A stretch of DNA of 34,741 bases from Chiloscyllium plagiosum (taxonomy: Eukaryota): NCBI RefSeq assembly GCF_004010195.1, contig NC_057758.1:8052120-8086860 (forward strand), written 5' to 3'. Positions 23,420 to 34,741 of this stretch are shown here, in pieces. Each line of letters opens with the position of its first letter. Positions within the stretch are counted from its first letter, which is position 1. The notes under the pieces were generated by a model. The model was not told the origin of the DNA. It searched no databases and was given only the letters and a program-made list of their open reading frames with translations. The position numbers and the translations under genes are program-made.

Positions 23420-24265
23420 CGTCCACTGGCAAAACAATTCCCAAACTCGAACAATTCTTTGGGGCAAATGAATTCTCCTGAACGTATTCTTAATAAAATG
23501 ACGACATGGAGATAGCCAGTAGAACTAAATTAGACTGCCAATACCTATTTTCGCAGTATAGTCAAAATGAAAAATTCCATGACCCTCCAAAACTGAATTG
23601 AGCTCTCACATCCAGTAAATTAAGTTGCACTCATTCCTGTTCCATCAGTGTTTGCCTATCTCACCGTGTCTCTAAGGGACTCTACAGAGGAATATGAAAG
23701 TGTTGCTTTTGCTGCTGATCGATCTTGTGCTTGTTGAGTCCATCAAGACCGATAGAGAATCGGGACCAAGATTTTTATTTCCTGTTTTGTGCATCTCTGT
23801 GAAAACTAACTGCAAGTGCAGGATACACTGCTTTGAAATTGAAATTTGATCGATTTTATTAAACTTAATTCAATTAGATTTGTGCTGAATGCAGTCAATT
23901 CCGTTCGAAATTAAAATTTGTCACTAATCTTTTTAGCTAATCAAAGAACTGCTCAATGTAATATTCTAAGGTATCCATTGCTCATTAGTATTCGCCAAGG
24001 AGCTGCCCTTAGCTGCCTCATTCAAACGTTGGATAGGGAAAGGTTTTCAAATCGTACTGTGACTCGCCTCTTCAGATCTCTGCAATCACCTCCAGTCCCC
24101 AACAAATCACTTCCAGGTACCCATACCCCTGTATTTTAGATGAATTACAAGAGATTAACAGTGCGCCCATTATTGCGAGTTTCGTCTGTTGCCTGAATTA
24201 AAAGATAGGGAATACCAACTGGGAAAATGATCACCTCTCTCGTTCCTTTCGACGGAACTTAACAT

Positions 24266-24349
24266 AATTTTTTGTGGAATTGTCTTTTAACCACTCTCCG
24301 AGTTTCTCCTGTTTTTCCACATTAAGTTAACCCTGTGGTTCCTGTGTTG
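24266..24349. repeat. 84-bp inverted repeat, left copy (pairs with 26406-26488)
   Basis: Reverse-complement match with 3 substitutions and one indel in a T-run. Confidence 0.95.
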
Positions 24350-24591
24350 CTTGATAGAATATAGACGTTCAAAAGCTGATTTCATTTGGGTCAATGTGAT
24401 GTTCACAATTTCTTGTTGCTAACAAAGCATAGATCAAACCCTGTTTTAAGAGTGTGATTGTGAATGAGGAGATTGAAATCGGTCTCCTGTGGTCAGGAGG
24501 GGAACCACTCTTCATTCCAAACGCTGGGCTGATATGGAACAGGACTCGGTGGATTGCGCTCCGATCCTCCCTCCAGCTAGAGGGGAGAGAG

Positions 24592-24598
24592 TATAAAG
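24592..24598 (+). promoter_or_regulatory. Candidate TATA box
   Basis: TATAAAG in G/C-rich flanks, 40-60 nt upstream of ATGs at 24640 and 24656; motif evidence only. Confidence 0.3.
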
Positions 24599-26249
24599 AG
24601 GCCGCGTGAGAGAAAAGTAATTGCTGCTTATCCTCAAGTATGCAGCTGGGGCCCAATGGCACAAGCAGCTGCAAACATCTCCCTTTACGTTTTTCGTTCA
24701 CCGTAATCTTGACGAGTCAAAGATGTGGGCACCCAACAACAGCCGTCATCACTTATTCAGCAGCACCGAGACTGCGAGCAGGGACTCCAGCCTGTGCTCT
24801 TCATCCGGATTGGCAAGTTCTGATCCATTCACATCCATTCGTTCAGTATGACTGCGCCCAGCTTTTGCGCATTCTGGCGAATGTCCCTGAATTTATGCCT
24901 TTAAAAATGAATACAAACTCTTACTGTGGTTTGTGCTGTTTATGGAGGAAGGATGTACAAAACGAATGCGCCAAATGATGCCGCTCGCAGAGTCTGGCTG
25001 TCAGAGGTTGCTAAAGATTCTCAGAGCAGACCAAAAGAGGGAGTCTTCACGATGCACACTCTAATTGCTTCAAGCGGAGTACATCCAGTACTTTTGCCAT
25101 TTTTTGGTGTTTAGCTTAGACACGGATAATATTTACACACCGCAGGACATCAGTGCAAAAAATTGCTCCACCATGACCATGTTGTTAATTGTTGTATTTT
25201 GCATTGAATCCACGTTTTCTACCGTTTCCACAGTATCACAGTTCACCAGTAATTCGTTGTTATCCCAAGACGCAGGAGGAAAGTTTCCCTTTCAATTTTC
25301 ATTCCCTTGGTCTCAGTTTACTGCTTTCTCCTGATCGACCCCATTCGTAGCTTCATCATTTGTTTTTCTTTCTCTCTCTCTCTCCCTGCCTATCTGCATC
25401 TCTATCTCGATCTATGATCACATCACTTTCTCTATATCCCTCTTCCTGTCTTCTTTTCCCACCTTCCCCACTTTTCCTCTCTTAATTTTGATTATATCTT
25501 GCATTCTGTATTTTGCTGCCTTCCGTAGTTTCACAAGTTCAATCATCAGTTCATTCCCCCCTCATTCTTACAGTGTCCCGCAATTCTTCTTTATCTGTCT
25601 GATGTGTCCAGCTGCCTCAGATGTTTAAATGTTTCTTTAATTTTATTTACTCGTTGGTCCAGCACTTATGGTCGATATATAATTGACCCTTGTGAAGGTG
25701 GCTGTGAGCGGTCTTGTTGAATCGCTGAATCAATGTGCAGTCAGTAGTTCTATAGTGCCAACAGAGAGGGAATTCCGGGATTTGGGCCAAGTGATACTGA
25801 GGGGATGGTAAAATATTTCCAAGAAAGGACAGTAAGAAAGCTTGGAAAGGAACTGGCAGAGGTAGTGTTTCCATGTATCTGCTGTCGTTGCCCTTGCAAA
25901 TAGTCGTGGGGAGATACTTTCGAAGAAACTTCATAGAATTTCTGCACGGCACCTTTCATGATAGCACACAGAAAGCGGTGGATATTTGTGGATACTAACC
26001 GAAGCATTCAGTCTATTTTGTCAACATAGCTGGTGCCAAATCTGAATAGATTGCTTTTCAGTATCATGATCTCTTTTAGTTTATCTTTGACAAAGAGGAC
26101 CGGTTTCAATTGGATGCATTGTTGTCGTGTCCATCAGGCGGGTTTCTTCATCCTGAATGGTGTCGAGGATCTCGAGTTTTATTGGAGCTTCACCCATCCA
26201 GGCAACTAAAGCGTATTCTGTCGCACCTCTGACTTGTGCATATTCGATG

Positions 26250-26378
26250 ATGGCTCACGAAGAGCTGACGCTCGAAACGTCAATTGTCCGGCTCCTTGGA
26301 TGCTTTGTGACCGGCTGTGCTTTTCCAATACCACATTCTTTACTTTGATCTACAATATCTGCAGTCCTGACTTACTCC
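26250..26378 (+). mobile_element. PLE terminal repeat fragment with decayed hammerhead
   Basis: GAAGAGCTGACGCTCGAAACGTCAA...GCTGTGCTTTTCCAATACCACATTC...ATCTGCAGTCCT; same family as 3485-3709. Confidence 0.75.
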
Positions 26379-26405
26379 CAGGATTTGGAGGATGTCAGGT
26401 AAGTT

Positions 26406-26488
26406 CAACACAGGAACCACAGGGTCAACTTAATGTGGAGAAACAGGAGAAACTCGAAGAGTGGTTAAAAGACAATTCCACAAAAATT
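26406..26488. repeat. Inverted repeat, right copy
   Basis: Reverse complement of 24266-24349, embedded inside LINE sequence. Confidence 0.95.
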
Positions 26489-27439
26489 CTCTGATGTGTC
26501 CTTGTAAGAAATTAATGAATTTGGTGGATCCTGTTCAGTTTTTGGTCATTGGTAACTCCTTCGACGTTAGTATCCAGGGCTCTCAATGATATCAATGCGA
26601 TTGACCATCAAGGTGGGTATGGTTTGATTCCTCACAATAGCAATTTCCAGAATATTAATGGTTAAGAAATTCGATGTTGTTAACACCAAGGACCGATGGT
26701 TAAATTCTTTCTCAAAGGTAACCCCGAGGGCGTTGGTTCAGTGATGAGGATGCTATTGAACGCCAAGGAGCGAGAATTAGATTTCCTCTTCATAGTATTT
26801 TCCAGCATATTGATTGCGGGGGACATTTAGTAATGGCAACGCCATATTACTTCAATGGCCGGTAGTGGGAGTGTCTCTAATTGGAAATGACCATTTCTTG
26901 GCCTTTCTGTGGCACAAATGTTACTTGCCAGTTTGCAACTTAAGTCTCTCATGTAAAACCATTGTTGGTTTGTTAAATATCGCCTCTGAAGTGAAAGTGT
27001 CCTGTTGCCAGTCACCATCCTGTCTGCCACCCTTCAGTGAGTTTGCAAAGGATGATCTGATGTTGATTATGAGCCAAGAGTTCACTCTCTGTTTATGGAA
27101 CAACTGCATAAGTTCTCGAGTACTAAGTGTTCAATGTCATGAGTCTAATCCATCACAGATTGTGAAACATTATGAGTCCTTCTGTGGAACGAAAGCAGAC
27201 ATGCACGCACGCACTCTTTCATAGACGCATGTATATTCAAACACGCAGGTACTCGCACAGCAAAAACATGACAGGAAAATGGAGAAGCAGAGGGAGGATG
27301 GAGGAGATGCAATTGATTTAGCCAACTTTCTCAGTGGAAAGAGAAACAGAGATATTGAGGATTTGACAAAGGAGAGTGAGGGGATTCCGAAACAGGGGGA
27401 GAATAGGAATATGCAGAGAAATAGAAAAAAAATTGGAAT

Positions 27440-28793
27440 AATCACATGCCTCCATGTTATAGTCCAACAGGTATATTTGGAAACACTAATTTATGGAGCG
27501 CCGCTCATTCTTCAGCTGATTGTGGGATAAAAGATCGTAAGACACAGAAGTTACAGTAAACTTTTACAATGTGATGTTACTGGAACTATACATTGAACAA
27601 TAAATCATGCGACTCAGCCAACGTTGTCTATCGCATACACTGCAGGTAGAATGCTGTGAGGCATAGCACATTCGCGAGACCGAGCACAGTTTATAGCAAT
27701 GGATAAATGGACACTGCAAAACTATCAACAGACAGGAGTGTCCCCTCCCAATCGGAGAACATTTCAGTGGTCTGGGACATTAGACCTCGAATCTTCGGTT
27801 GACCAACGTCCAAGGCAGGTAACAACGCAAAGTGGCCGAGCAGTGGCTGATTGCCAAGTTCGCTACACATGCAGTCAATCGGGATTCTGGTTTCATGTCA
27901 CACTACAGGTGACCCACTGCACTACATACACACAGACACAAAGACACACGCAAAGACACACACACAGACATAAACACCCACACACACAGACACACACAGA
28001 CGAGCATAGAAAGACAGATATTGCTCACAGAGAGACGAACACACGAAGGCACGGATGCTCCTGCACACACACATTCTGACAGACACACCCACACTCTTGC
28101 AATCCCATACACTATTGGAGACTCTCTCTCTCATACACAAGCTCTCTTTCAAACGCTCACACATGCACTCCCACACTCACACCAAAACACGCACCCTCTC
28201 ACAGACTTATGCACTAACACTCACACACATATGCACACTCTTCCAATAACACACGTAAACTCTCCCCTCATCACCACACTACACGCACAAACACACACAT
28301 TCACCATTATAAGTTTGTGGGGTAAGTTGCATTTGACGAATTACTTTCTATTTTGCTCAAAAACTGTATGAATCCATGCAAGATTCTGTACGTCAGCTTT
28401 TCAGATTAGAATCTGTCTGAACATTGTAGCACAGGGTTCCTGAGGCCTTAAAAGCATTATTTGGGCCGACATGATACCAATTATAAAAGTTCACTTGAGA
28501 ATGTAACTTTAAAGCAGTGTTGCGACTTACATAAGAAAGAACTGAAACCAGCATTTTCATTCTAAAGGATGAGGGACTTAACAAACAGCCAAGTCTTTTT
28601 CAAAGTATAATTTCAATTACATCACGCTGTAAACGTTTGCTATAAGTTCCTCCATTTTGCTTTTATACTCCGGAAACAACTGATAAAGGAACAGCAGTCC
28701 AAATGCTAGTGCTTCCAAGAAAGAGCTGTTGGACTATATCCTGGTGTTATGTGACTTTTAACTTTGTACAACCAAGTCCAACATCAGCATCTC
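27440..28793. mobile_element. Decayed Penelope-like element (third family): short inverted left arm, GIY-YIG remnant, CA-rich internal tract (27920-28300), terminal repeat
   Basis: 27605-27715 reads SCDSANVVYRIHCR...ETEHSL*QWINGH; 27452-27600 is an imperfect inverted repeat of ~28590-28745; terminus matches 8634-8688. Confidence 0.8.
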
Positions 28794-29404
28794 TAATTCA
28801 GAACACAAGATCAGTATTGACAATGAGAGTGTGCAGAGAGAGAGGAAGATTAGGAAAGAAGGAAAGAGGGAGCAAGTGTGAAAACTGTCAGAAAGATGGA
28901 GAATGGAAGGTAGACTTTGATCCGGTAGCCTACACATTCCCAGGACATCCTGGAAAACTATACCGAAAGCAAATTACTGACGAAAGGCAGCCATTGTGCA
29001 TGGCAAACGAGTCGAGTTCATGTCAGCCTGGGAGAACTGGGTTAGGACCGTTCACGATTCGAAAAAAAACAACTCTGCATCAAGCACCCATTAAAGTGTG
29101 GAAAGGTTTTTGTTCTGAATCTGATTTCTTGATGAGGACAGAGTGAGAATGAAATGAGTTAAATGACCGGTCGGCACACGTAACAAAGAAAAACAACCTC
29201 GAAACTGCTCCAGAGATCTTCCAACAAATTTCTGTTTGTCCCCAATTCTGTTCTGCAGCCTCCATCCAGATATCGAATTCAATGATTCTCATTTGTCTTC
29301 TGTGTGTCTCTGCTGATCTTTCCATAAATGAAATGATCAGCCCTGATCATGTCGAAGATGAAGAATGTGCATTGGACCACGTGACATATTTCTGCTGTTG
29401 GGGT

Positions 29405-29780
29405 TTTCTGTGTGCATGCCTTTGTGTGTGGGTGTGTGTGTGGGTGCATGCGTTTGTGTCCGCATGTGTCTGAATGTGTGGGTACGTGTATGTGCGTGTA
29501 TGTTTGTGTGTGGGTGTGTGAGTGAGTGAGGGTGTGGGTGTTTCTGTTCATGAGTGCGGGCGTGAGTCGTTGTGTGTGCATGTGTGGATGTGGGGTGTTT
29601 CTCTGTGTATATCGGTGTATTTGTTAGTGTGTATGTTTTCTGTGTGTGAAGGCGTGCGTGTGCATGATATGTGTTCATACGTCCCGGGCATGTGTTTGTC
29701 TGTGTCGATGTGTGAGAGGTTGTGTGTATGTATGTGTATGTGTATGTGTGTGTACGCGCGCGCACGCGTGTGTGTGTGTT
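29405..29780. repeat. Degenerate (TG)n microsatellite
   Basis: TG/CG/TA dinucleotide tract. Confidence 0.95.
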
Positions 29781-29815
29781 TGTTTCCCCCTCTCTCTGCC
29801 CCTTTCTTTCTCTAG

Positions 29816-30051
29816 CCATGATCAGGCGGAGCGATACTTCAGGTTCGATGCGTCAATTGGCCAACTTCAACTGCCAGTTCCGATGATTTCATGAGAATCT
29901 CCATATCAAAGAATTAGCAATGGACTAAAACAGGGCCAGGAGTCCAAGGATGAAGAAGAATATTTGCTTCCTGTTCTGGTCAGGTCTTTCGAGCCTGGAA
30001 ATGTCAATGGGCAAAATGAATCAGAGAAAAGTTACAAGCCTAAGTCCACAG
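29816..30051 (+). pseudogene. Exon-like segment of an unidentified gene, one in-frame stop
   Basis: Polypyrimidine tract + TAG acceptor and CAG|GTATGA donor; frame HDQAERYFRFDASIGQLQLPVPMIS*ESPYQRISNGLKQGQESKDEEEYLLPVLVRSFEPGNVNGQNESEKSYKPKST. Confidence 0.35.
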
Positions 30052-30350
30052 GTATGATCTCCAAAAGAGCCACAGCAATGTTCAAGTGAGAATTAGAGCC
30101 CCACATCCTGGTACCAGGAAGAGAACAGTGATAAAAAGGGCTGTTAGTATGAGCAAAGAATGCAACGTCTCTCACCCAGTCTCTCTCATTGTATTTTTTG
30201 TTCCATATGTTCACTCGAGCAATTTATGTGCCACCTACTCTCTCGTCTCTCACTGATCTTTCTCCCATCTTCTCTCTGCCTCTCTCATTCTGTCTCCCTC
30301 TTTTATTGGTCATTCACTCTGACTGTCTCTCTTTGTTACTATTTGTCTGT

Positions 30351-31601
30351 AGGAGACAGGTGAGGTCTGCAGATGCTGGACGTCAGAGTTCAGCGTACAT
30401 TTCTGGAAAAGCACAGCAGGTCAGGCAGCATCCGACGAACAGAGAAATCGACGTTTCTGCTTGGATCCCTCAGGATTGAGGTTGGGAGCCTCTGTGATGG
30501 AGAGATAAATGGGAAGAAGGTGGGGCTGGGAGAAAATAGCCGAGAGTGCAATCGTTGAATGGACGTGGGCGTAATGTTGATAGGTCGGAGACGAGGGTGG
30601 AGGGGATAGATGAAATGGAAGATTGATACGTGGGACAGATCACGAGGGCTGTGCTGAGCTGGCAGTTTGGAATTGGGGTAAGGTGGAGAGAGGGAAAATG
30701 AGGAAATTGGTGAAATCCACATTGATGCCCTAGTGTTGACTGAACCCGAGGCAGAAGATAAGGCTTTCTTGGTCCAGGCATCGGGTGGTGAGGGAGTGGA
30801 GACTGGGGAGACCCAGGATCCTCATGTCCTCAGCAGAGTGGGAGGGAGAGTTGAAATATTCAGCCACAGGGTGGTGGGGTTGATTGGTGCGGGTTTCCCA
30901 AAGAAGGCGTCCAGTAGGGCAGACTGCATCGGGAGCAACGGAGAAAATAAATGACGTGTGGAATTGCAGCTGAAACTTTGATGAATATGGAAGGCTCCTC
31001 TGGGGCCTTGAACAGAGGTAAGGGTGGAGCTGTGGGCGGAGGGATTGCAATTCATGTGGTGGCAGGGAAATGTGCCAGTAGTGGTCGATGGCTTATTAGG
31101 GGGCTAGACAAGATAGTCATGGAGGGAAGAAACCTTGTGGAAAGCAGATGGGGGTGGGGAGGGAAATATATCCTTGGTGATGGGGTCCATTTGAATGTGG
31201 CGGAAATGTAGGCAGATGATGCAATTTATGCGGATGTTGGTGAGGTGGAAGTTGAGGACGGGGAGGTTCTGTTCTTGTTGCGGTTTGAGGAGTGGGCGTC
31301 GATGGCGGAGGTGCGGGACGTGGATGATATGCTGTGGAGGGCAACTTCAAACACTTCGGATGGGAAATGTCAGTCTTGAAGGAAGGAAGCCATCTGTTGT
31401 GTTCTGTGGTGGAACTGGTACTGTTGGGAGCAGATGCGGTAGAGGCGGTGGAATTGGGAATACCGGATAGCATTTTCGCAGGAGATAGAGTGGGAGGAGG
31501 TGTAGTCCAAATAGCTGTGGGTGTCAGAGGTTTGTAAAAACTGTCAGTGTTGAGTCGGTCCTCGCGGATGGAGACAGAGAAGACTAGGAAGGGGAGGGAG
31601 A
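30351..31601 (-). mobile_element. Decayed Penelope-like element (RT thumb, GIY-YIG, terminal repeat), cut by the gap
   Basis: SLPFL..SVSIREDRLNTDSFYKP; PVAEYFNSPSHSAEDMRILGL; terminus homologous to 15837-16100. Confidence 0.88.
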
Positions 31602-32101
31602 NNNNNNNNNNNNNNNNNNNNNNNNNNNNNNNNNNNNNNNNNNNNNNNNNNNNNNNNNNNNNNNNNNNNNNNNNNNNNNNNNNNNNNNNNNNNNNNNNNN
31701 NNNNNNNNNNNNNNNNNNNNNNNNNNNNNNNNNNNNNNNNNNNNNNNNNNNNNNNNNNNNNNNNNNNNNNNNNNNNNNNNNNNNNNNNNNNNNNNNNNNN
31801 NNNNNNNNNNNNNNNNNNNNNNNNNNNNNNNNNNNNNNNNNNNNNNNNNNNNNNNNNNNNNNNNNNNNNNNNNNNNNNNNNNNNNNNNNNNNNNNNNNNN
31901 NNNNNNNNNNNNNNNNNNNNNNNNNNNNNNNNNNNNNNNNNNNNNNNNNNNNNNNNNNNNNNNNNNNNNNNNNNNNNNNNNNNNNNNNNNNNNNNNNNNN
32001 NNNNNNNNNNNNNNNNNNNNNNNNNNNNNNNNNNNNNNNNNNNNNNNNNNNNNNNNNNNNNNNNNNNNNNNNNNNNNNNNNNNNNNNNNNNNNNNNNNNN
32101 N
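31602..32101. other. Assembly gap
   Basis: 500-N run. Confidence 1.
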
Positions 32102-34560
32102 GATACTTCTCTTTTCCGAATCTGAATCATCCTCTGTGTAAGGCAATCTATTCCACAGAGAAAGTTCACGGAAGAAGGAAGTGAATTCTTTTCAAGATCT
32201 CTCCCAACAAAAGTTGATGTTAGGTCACAGCCTGGCTGGTCGGACAAGATTCTAGGGAGAATCAAGTCGATCGTCATGTGATTTCACTCACAGTAATATA
32301 CTACTGAGGAAGTTTTCAGTTGCTGTAGTCATCGCTATAGGGTGTATATTATCTCGCACATCAAGCACAACCCACCTCATTTCTGACTAAATTCGTTGAT
32401 TGCACAATTTGCTCCCCATCCGTAAGCAATATTTTCACTCACACATGCCTTTCATTGCACATGAATACATCTTATGAAAGTATGGTAATATTTGAAGGTG
32501 TGTGATTAGTTCACAAACATTTTGATCTTACATTTGATGGACATCTTATGACAATAAAACGTCCATCAAATGAAAAAACGAAATGTTTGTGAACTAAACA
32601 CACACCTTCAAATATTACCAAACAACATACTACTTCCACTAATGTAAAACGATAACAAACGGCATTGTGATTCTATTTGTTGACCAGCCTTATTCGCCCA
32701 GCAGCTTATTCTGTGTGCTGTGTGGCTTTTCCAAGTGTGATGCAACTGGCGGAACCACTCACGTTTAAACAAAACAGAACATGTTTTCAGATTACCGATC
32801 GAAACATGAACAAAACAGAACAGAATATAAAAAGCAAGCTGTCTGAAAACCCAATCAACTCCATCTAAACTTCATGATGCTATTCTAAAAAAAACTTGCA
32901 CCATCCTCATAGACACTTCATTTACAGAAAAAAAAATGGTAAAATCAAAAACAGATTATTACAGGAGAAATGTCAGAGATGAGAGAGAGGATCAGCATGG
33001 AACTGCTTTTTGGGTGCCTGCTAAAAATTGAGCAGGATCTTCAAACAGACTGATTGCTCCAAATCTGAGCTGCCATCAGTGCTGTAGAAGGGACTTTGGG
33101 CCACGAACATTAAGTTTGATTACACAGCAACGGTCCTGATAGGTCTGCTGAGATTTTCCAGTGATTCCTGCTTTTGTAGCAAATTTCCAATATCTGCAGT
33201 TCTTTTGGACTTTTGCTGAATGTACCTTGTAAATTCCATCAGAAATTCGAAGCATCGTTTCTACTCAGGGGAGGTCCATACATTCTCATTGTTGCCCAAG
33301 TTTCCCCCTTAAAAATACTCCGATAAGAAATGCACTTCGATTTTGTATTAGTTTCAACGATGATGTCCAACCATAAAGCACTGACTTGCGCTTCTTCCGA
33401 TTCAATAGATCAGAGTTACTCCTTTGCTTTACTTGAATTTCCTGAACTCTCGGCACTTCTGTCTTCTGGACGATTAAAGATGAACTACACATATCGGTGG
33501 AAACAGCGATACCCATCCCATGAATGAATAAATAATCACTTTATTTACATTCTGCTAAAAATAACTTTAGTTTGATGAAGCAACTGACGTGTTCTTTCTT
33601 TTCATTATCATCGTTAAGTGTTTAGCCCAATCGCATTCTCCCACCAAACAGTTTTGTCTACTGATCTTCACACACATGTCTCTCATTTGGTTTTCTGGCC
33701 TGCAGCCACACCGACATATTCTCGACACTCCATCCACAAAGTCGACTGTTATCAAAACAGATGTGAGTAAGTCACAGCTAATGTCAGTGGCGCAGAGTGT
33801 TCATAATAGGCTTCATTAATGTAAACTTGTCTCGTGAACACCAAGAAGACTATCACATGTTGAGACAATATTTCTGGACAGGTGAACATAAATTTCATAT
33901 CCTATGGTCTCCTAGATATTTTCATTTGAAGGAAAAAATCCAGTCATACGCCTTCCTGCAAGCATTGATCCAGAGTTACGTTTGTGAGTCTCCATGAGTC
34001 TGAAAAAACCCTGCGACATGAAATATCTCAATGTTTTGAAGTGACGTTCCAACTGTTTCATTTATTCTTTTTCCTAAGCGTTTTTGAAAATTTCCATCCG
34101 TTCATTACTCGTCTGACAACATTTTTTCCTGAATTGTATGCAATTGGGTTATTTTTATTTCCAGAACAGATTTCGACAGCTTTGGACGAACAAACCTGAT
34201 ACAATCAACTGTCAGATTCAAACATTAACTATCAGCTCACTCTGTCTCACTCATAATCCGTTATCTTTCTTACTGTGCCTGTTACAGCATAGAACGTAGT
34301 ACATAGAGCACAGATAATTATAGCATGGAACAGGTCCTTCGGCCGACGAAGTTGTGCCGAGGATAAAGTGTTGAAAATGTTTTGCTGGAAAAACGCAGCA
34401 GCTCAGGCAGCATCCAAGGAACAGGAGAGTCGACGTTTCGGGCATGAGCCCTTCTTCAGGAATGAGGAAAGTGTGCCAAGCAAGCTAAAATAAAATGTAG
34501 GGAGGAGGGACTTGGGGGAGGGGCGTTGGAAATGCGATAGGTGGAAGAAGGTTAAGGTGA
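32102..34560 (+). repeat. Segmental duplication copy 2
   Basis: 32102-32712 matches 9344-9954 and 32716-34560 matches 14183-~16030. Confidence 0.95.
32483..32620. repeat. Second copy of the 138-nt hairpin
   Basis: Arms 32483-32542 and 32561-32620; two substitutions versus 9725-9862. Confidence 0.95.
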
Positions 34561-34741
34561 GGAGCAGCTCAGGCAGCATCCAAGGAACAGGAGAGTCGAC
34601 GTTTCGGGCATGAGCCCTTCTTCAGGAATGAGGAAAGTGTGCCAAGCAAGCTAAAATAAAATGTAGGGAGGAGGGACTTGGGGGAGGGGCGTTGGAAATG
34701 CGATAGGTGGAAGAAGGTTAGGGTGAGGGTGATAAGGTGTG
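34368..34741 (-). mobile_element. Duplicated copy of the PLE left arm in the CR1 tail, with hammerhead motifs at 34428-34463 and 34594-34629
   Basis: Same insertion junction GTGCCGAGGAT.AA|GTGTTG as at 15836; ~165 bp internally repeated near the window end. Confidence 0.88.

Larger units (their letters stand above)
25650..26950 (-). mobile_element. Old CR1/L2-clade LINE 3' portion with nested insertions
   Basis: ~26130-26250 minus translates IEYAQVRGATEYALVAWMGEAPIKLEILDTIQDEETRLM (post-RT VR..EY...W...L..IQ motif). Confidence 0.7.

Noticed and set aside
24170..24345. Minus-strand peptide LNVEKQEKL.EWLKDNSTK..LSSVER...NRR in a register like a TALE homeodomain
   Set aside because: Needs a frameshift, lacks the helix-3 WF core and PYP motif, and NRR is out of register; likely chance
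24266..26488. DNA transposon bounded by 84-bp TIRs
   Set aside because: No TSD or transposase, and the right repeat sits inside a continuous LINE relic
27699..29894. His/Thr-rich and Cys/Val-rich ORFs
   Set aside because: Translations of CA/TG microsatellite tracts
34563..34741. Tandem pair of hammerheads from a ~165-bp exact repeat (possible dimer arrangement)
   Set aside because: Near-exact duplication absent from copy 1; cannot be separated from misassembly without reads

Overview
Eukaryotic, repeat-dominated genomic DNA, most likely from a cartilaginous fish. This is inferred from HE1-like SINEs, CR1 LINEs with (TTCTATG)n tails and abundant Penelope-like elements. There are three assembly gaps and no intact, recognisable protein-coding gene; nearly all ORF-track entries are TE fragments, microsatellites or N-runs. 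The window holds a 28-bp minisatellite, SINEs, a tRNA-Met pseudogene and many CR1 relics, including a near full-length CR1 (ORF1 esterase, APE, RT) at ~15.8-20.8 kb. It also holds at least three families of Penelope-like elements (PLEs) inserted as inverted-arm palindromes; two have clean 14-bp target-site duplications and intact minimal hammerhead-ribozyme cores. Four related solo-LTR-like relics lie at 10.1-14.5 kb. From 9.2 kb on, the sequence appears to be one unit of a ~23-kb tandem segmental duplication, with a second copy at 32.1-34.7 kb (~3% diverged, 4.2-kb deletion). The unit contains non-TE structure worth following up: a 138-nt near-perfect hairpin kept in both copies, an 84-bp inverted templated insertion bracketing a TATA-containing segment, and exon-like segments of an unidentified, probably decayed gene.
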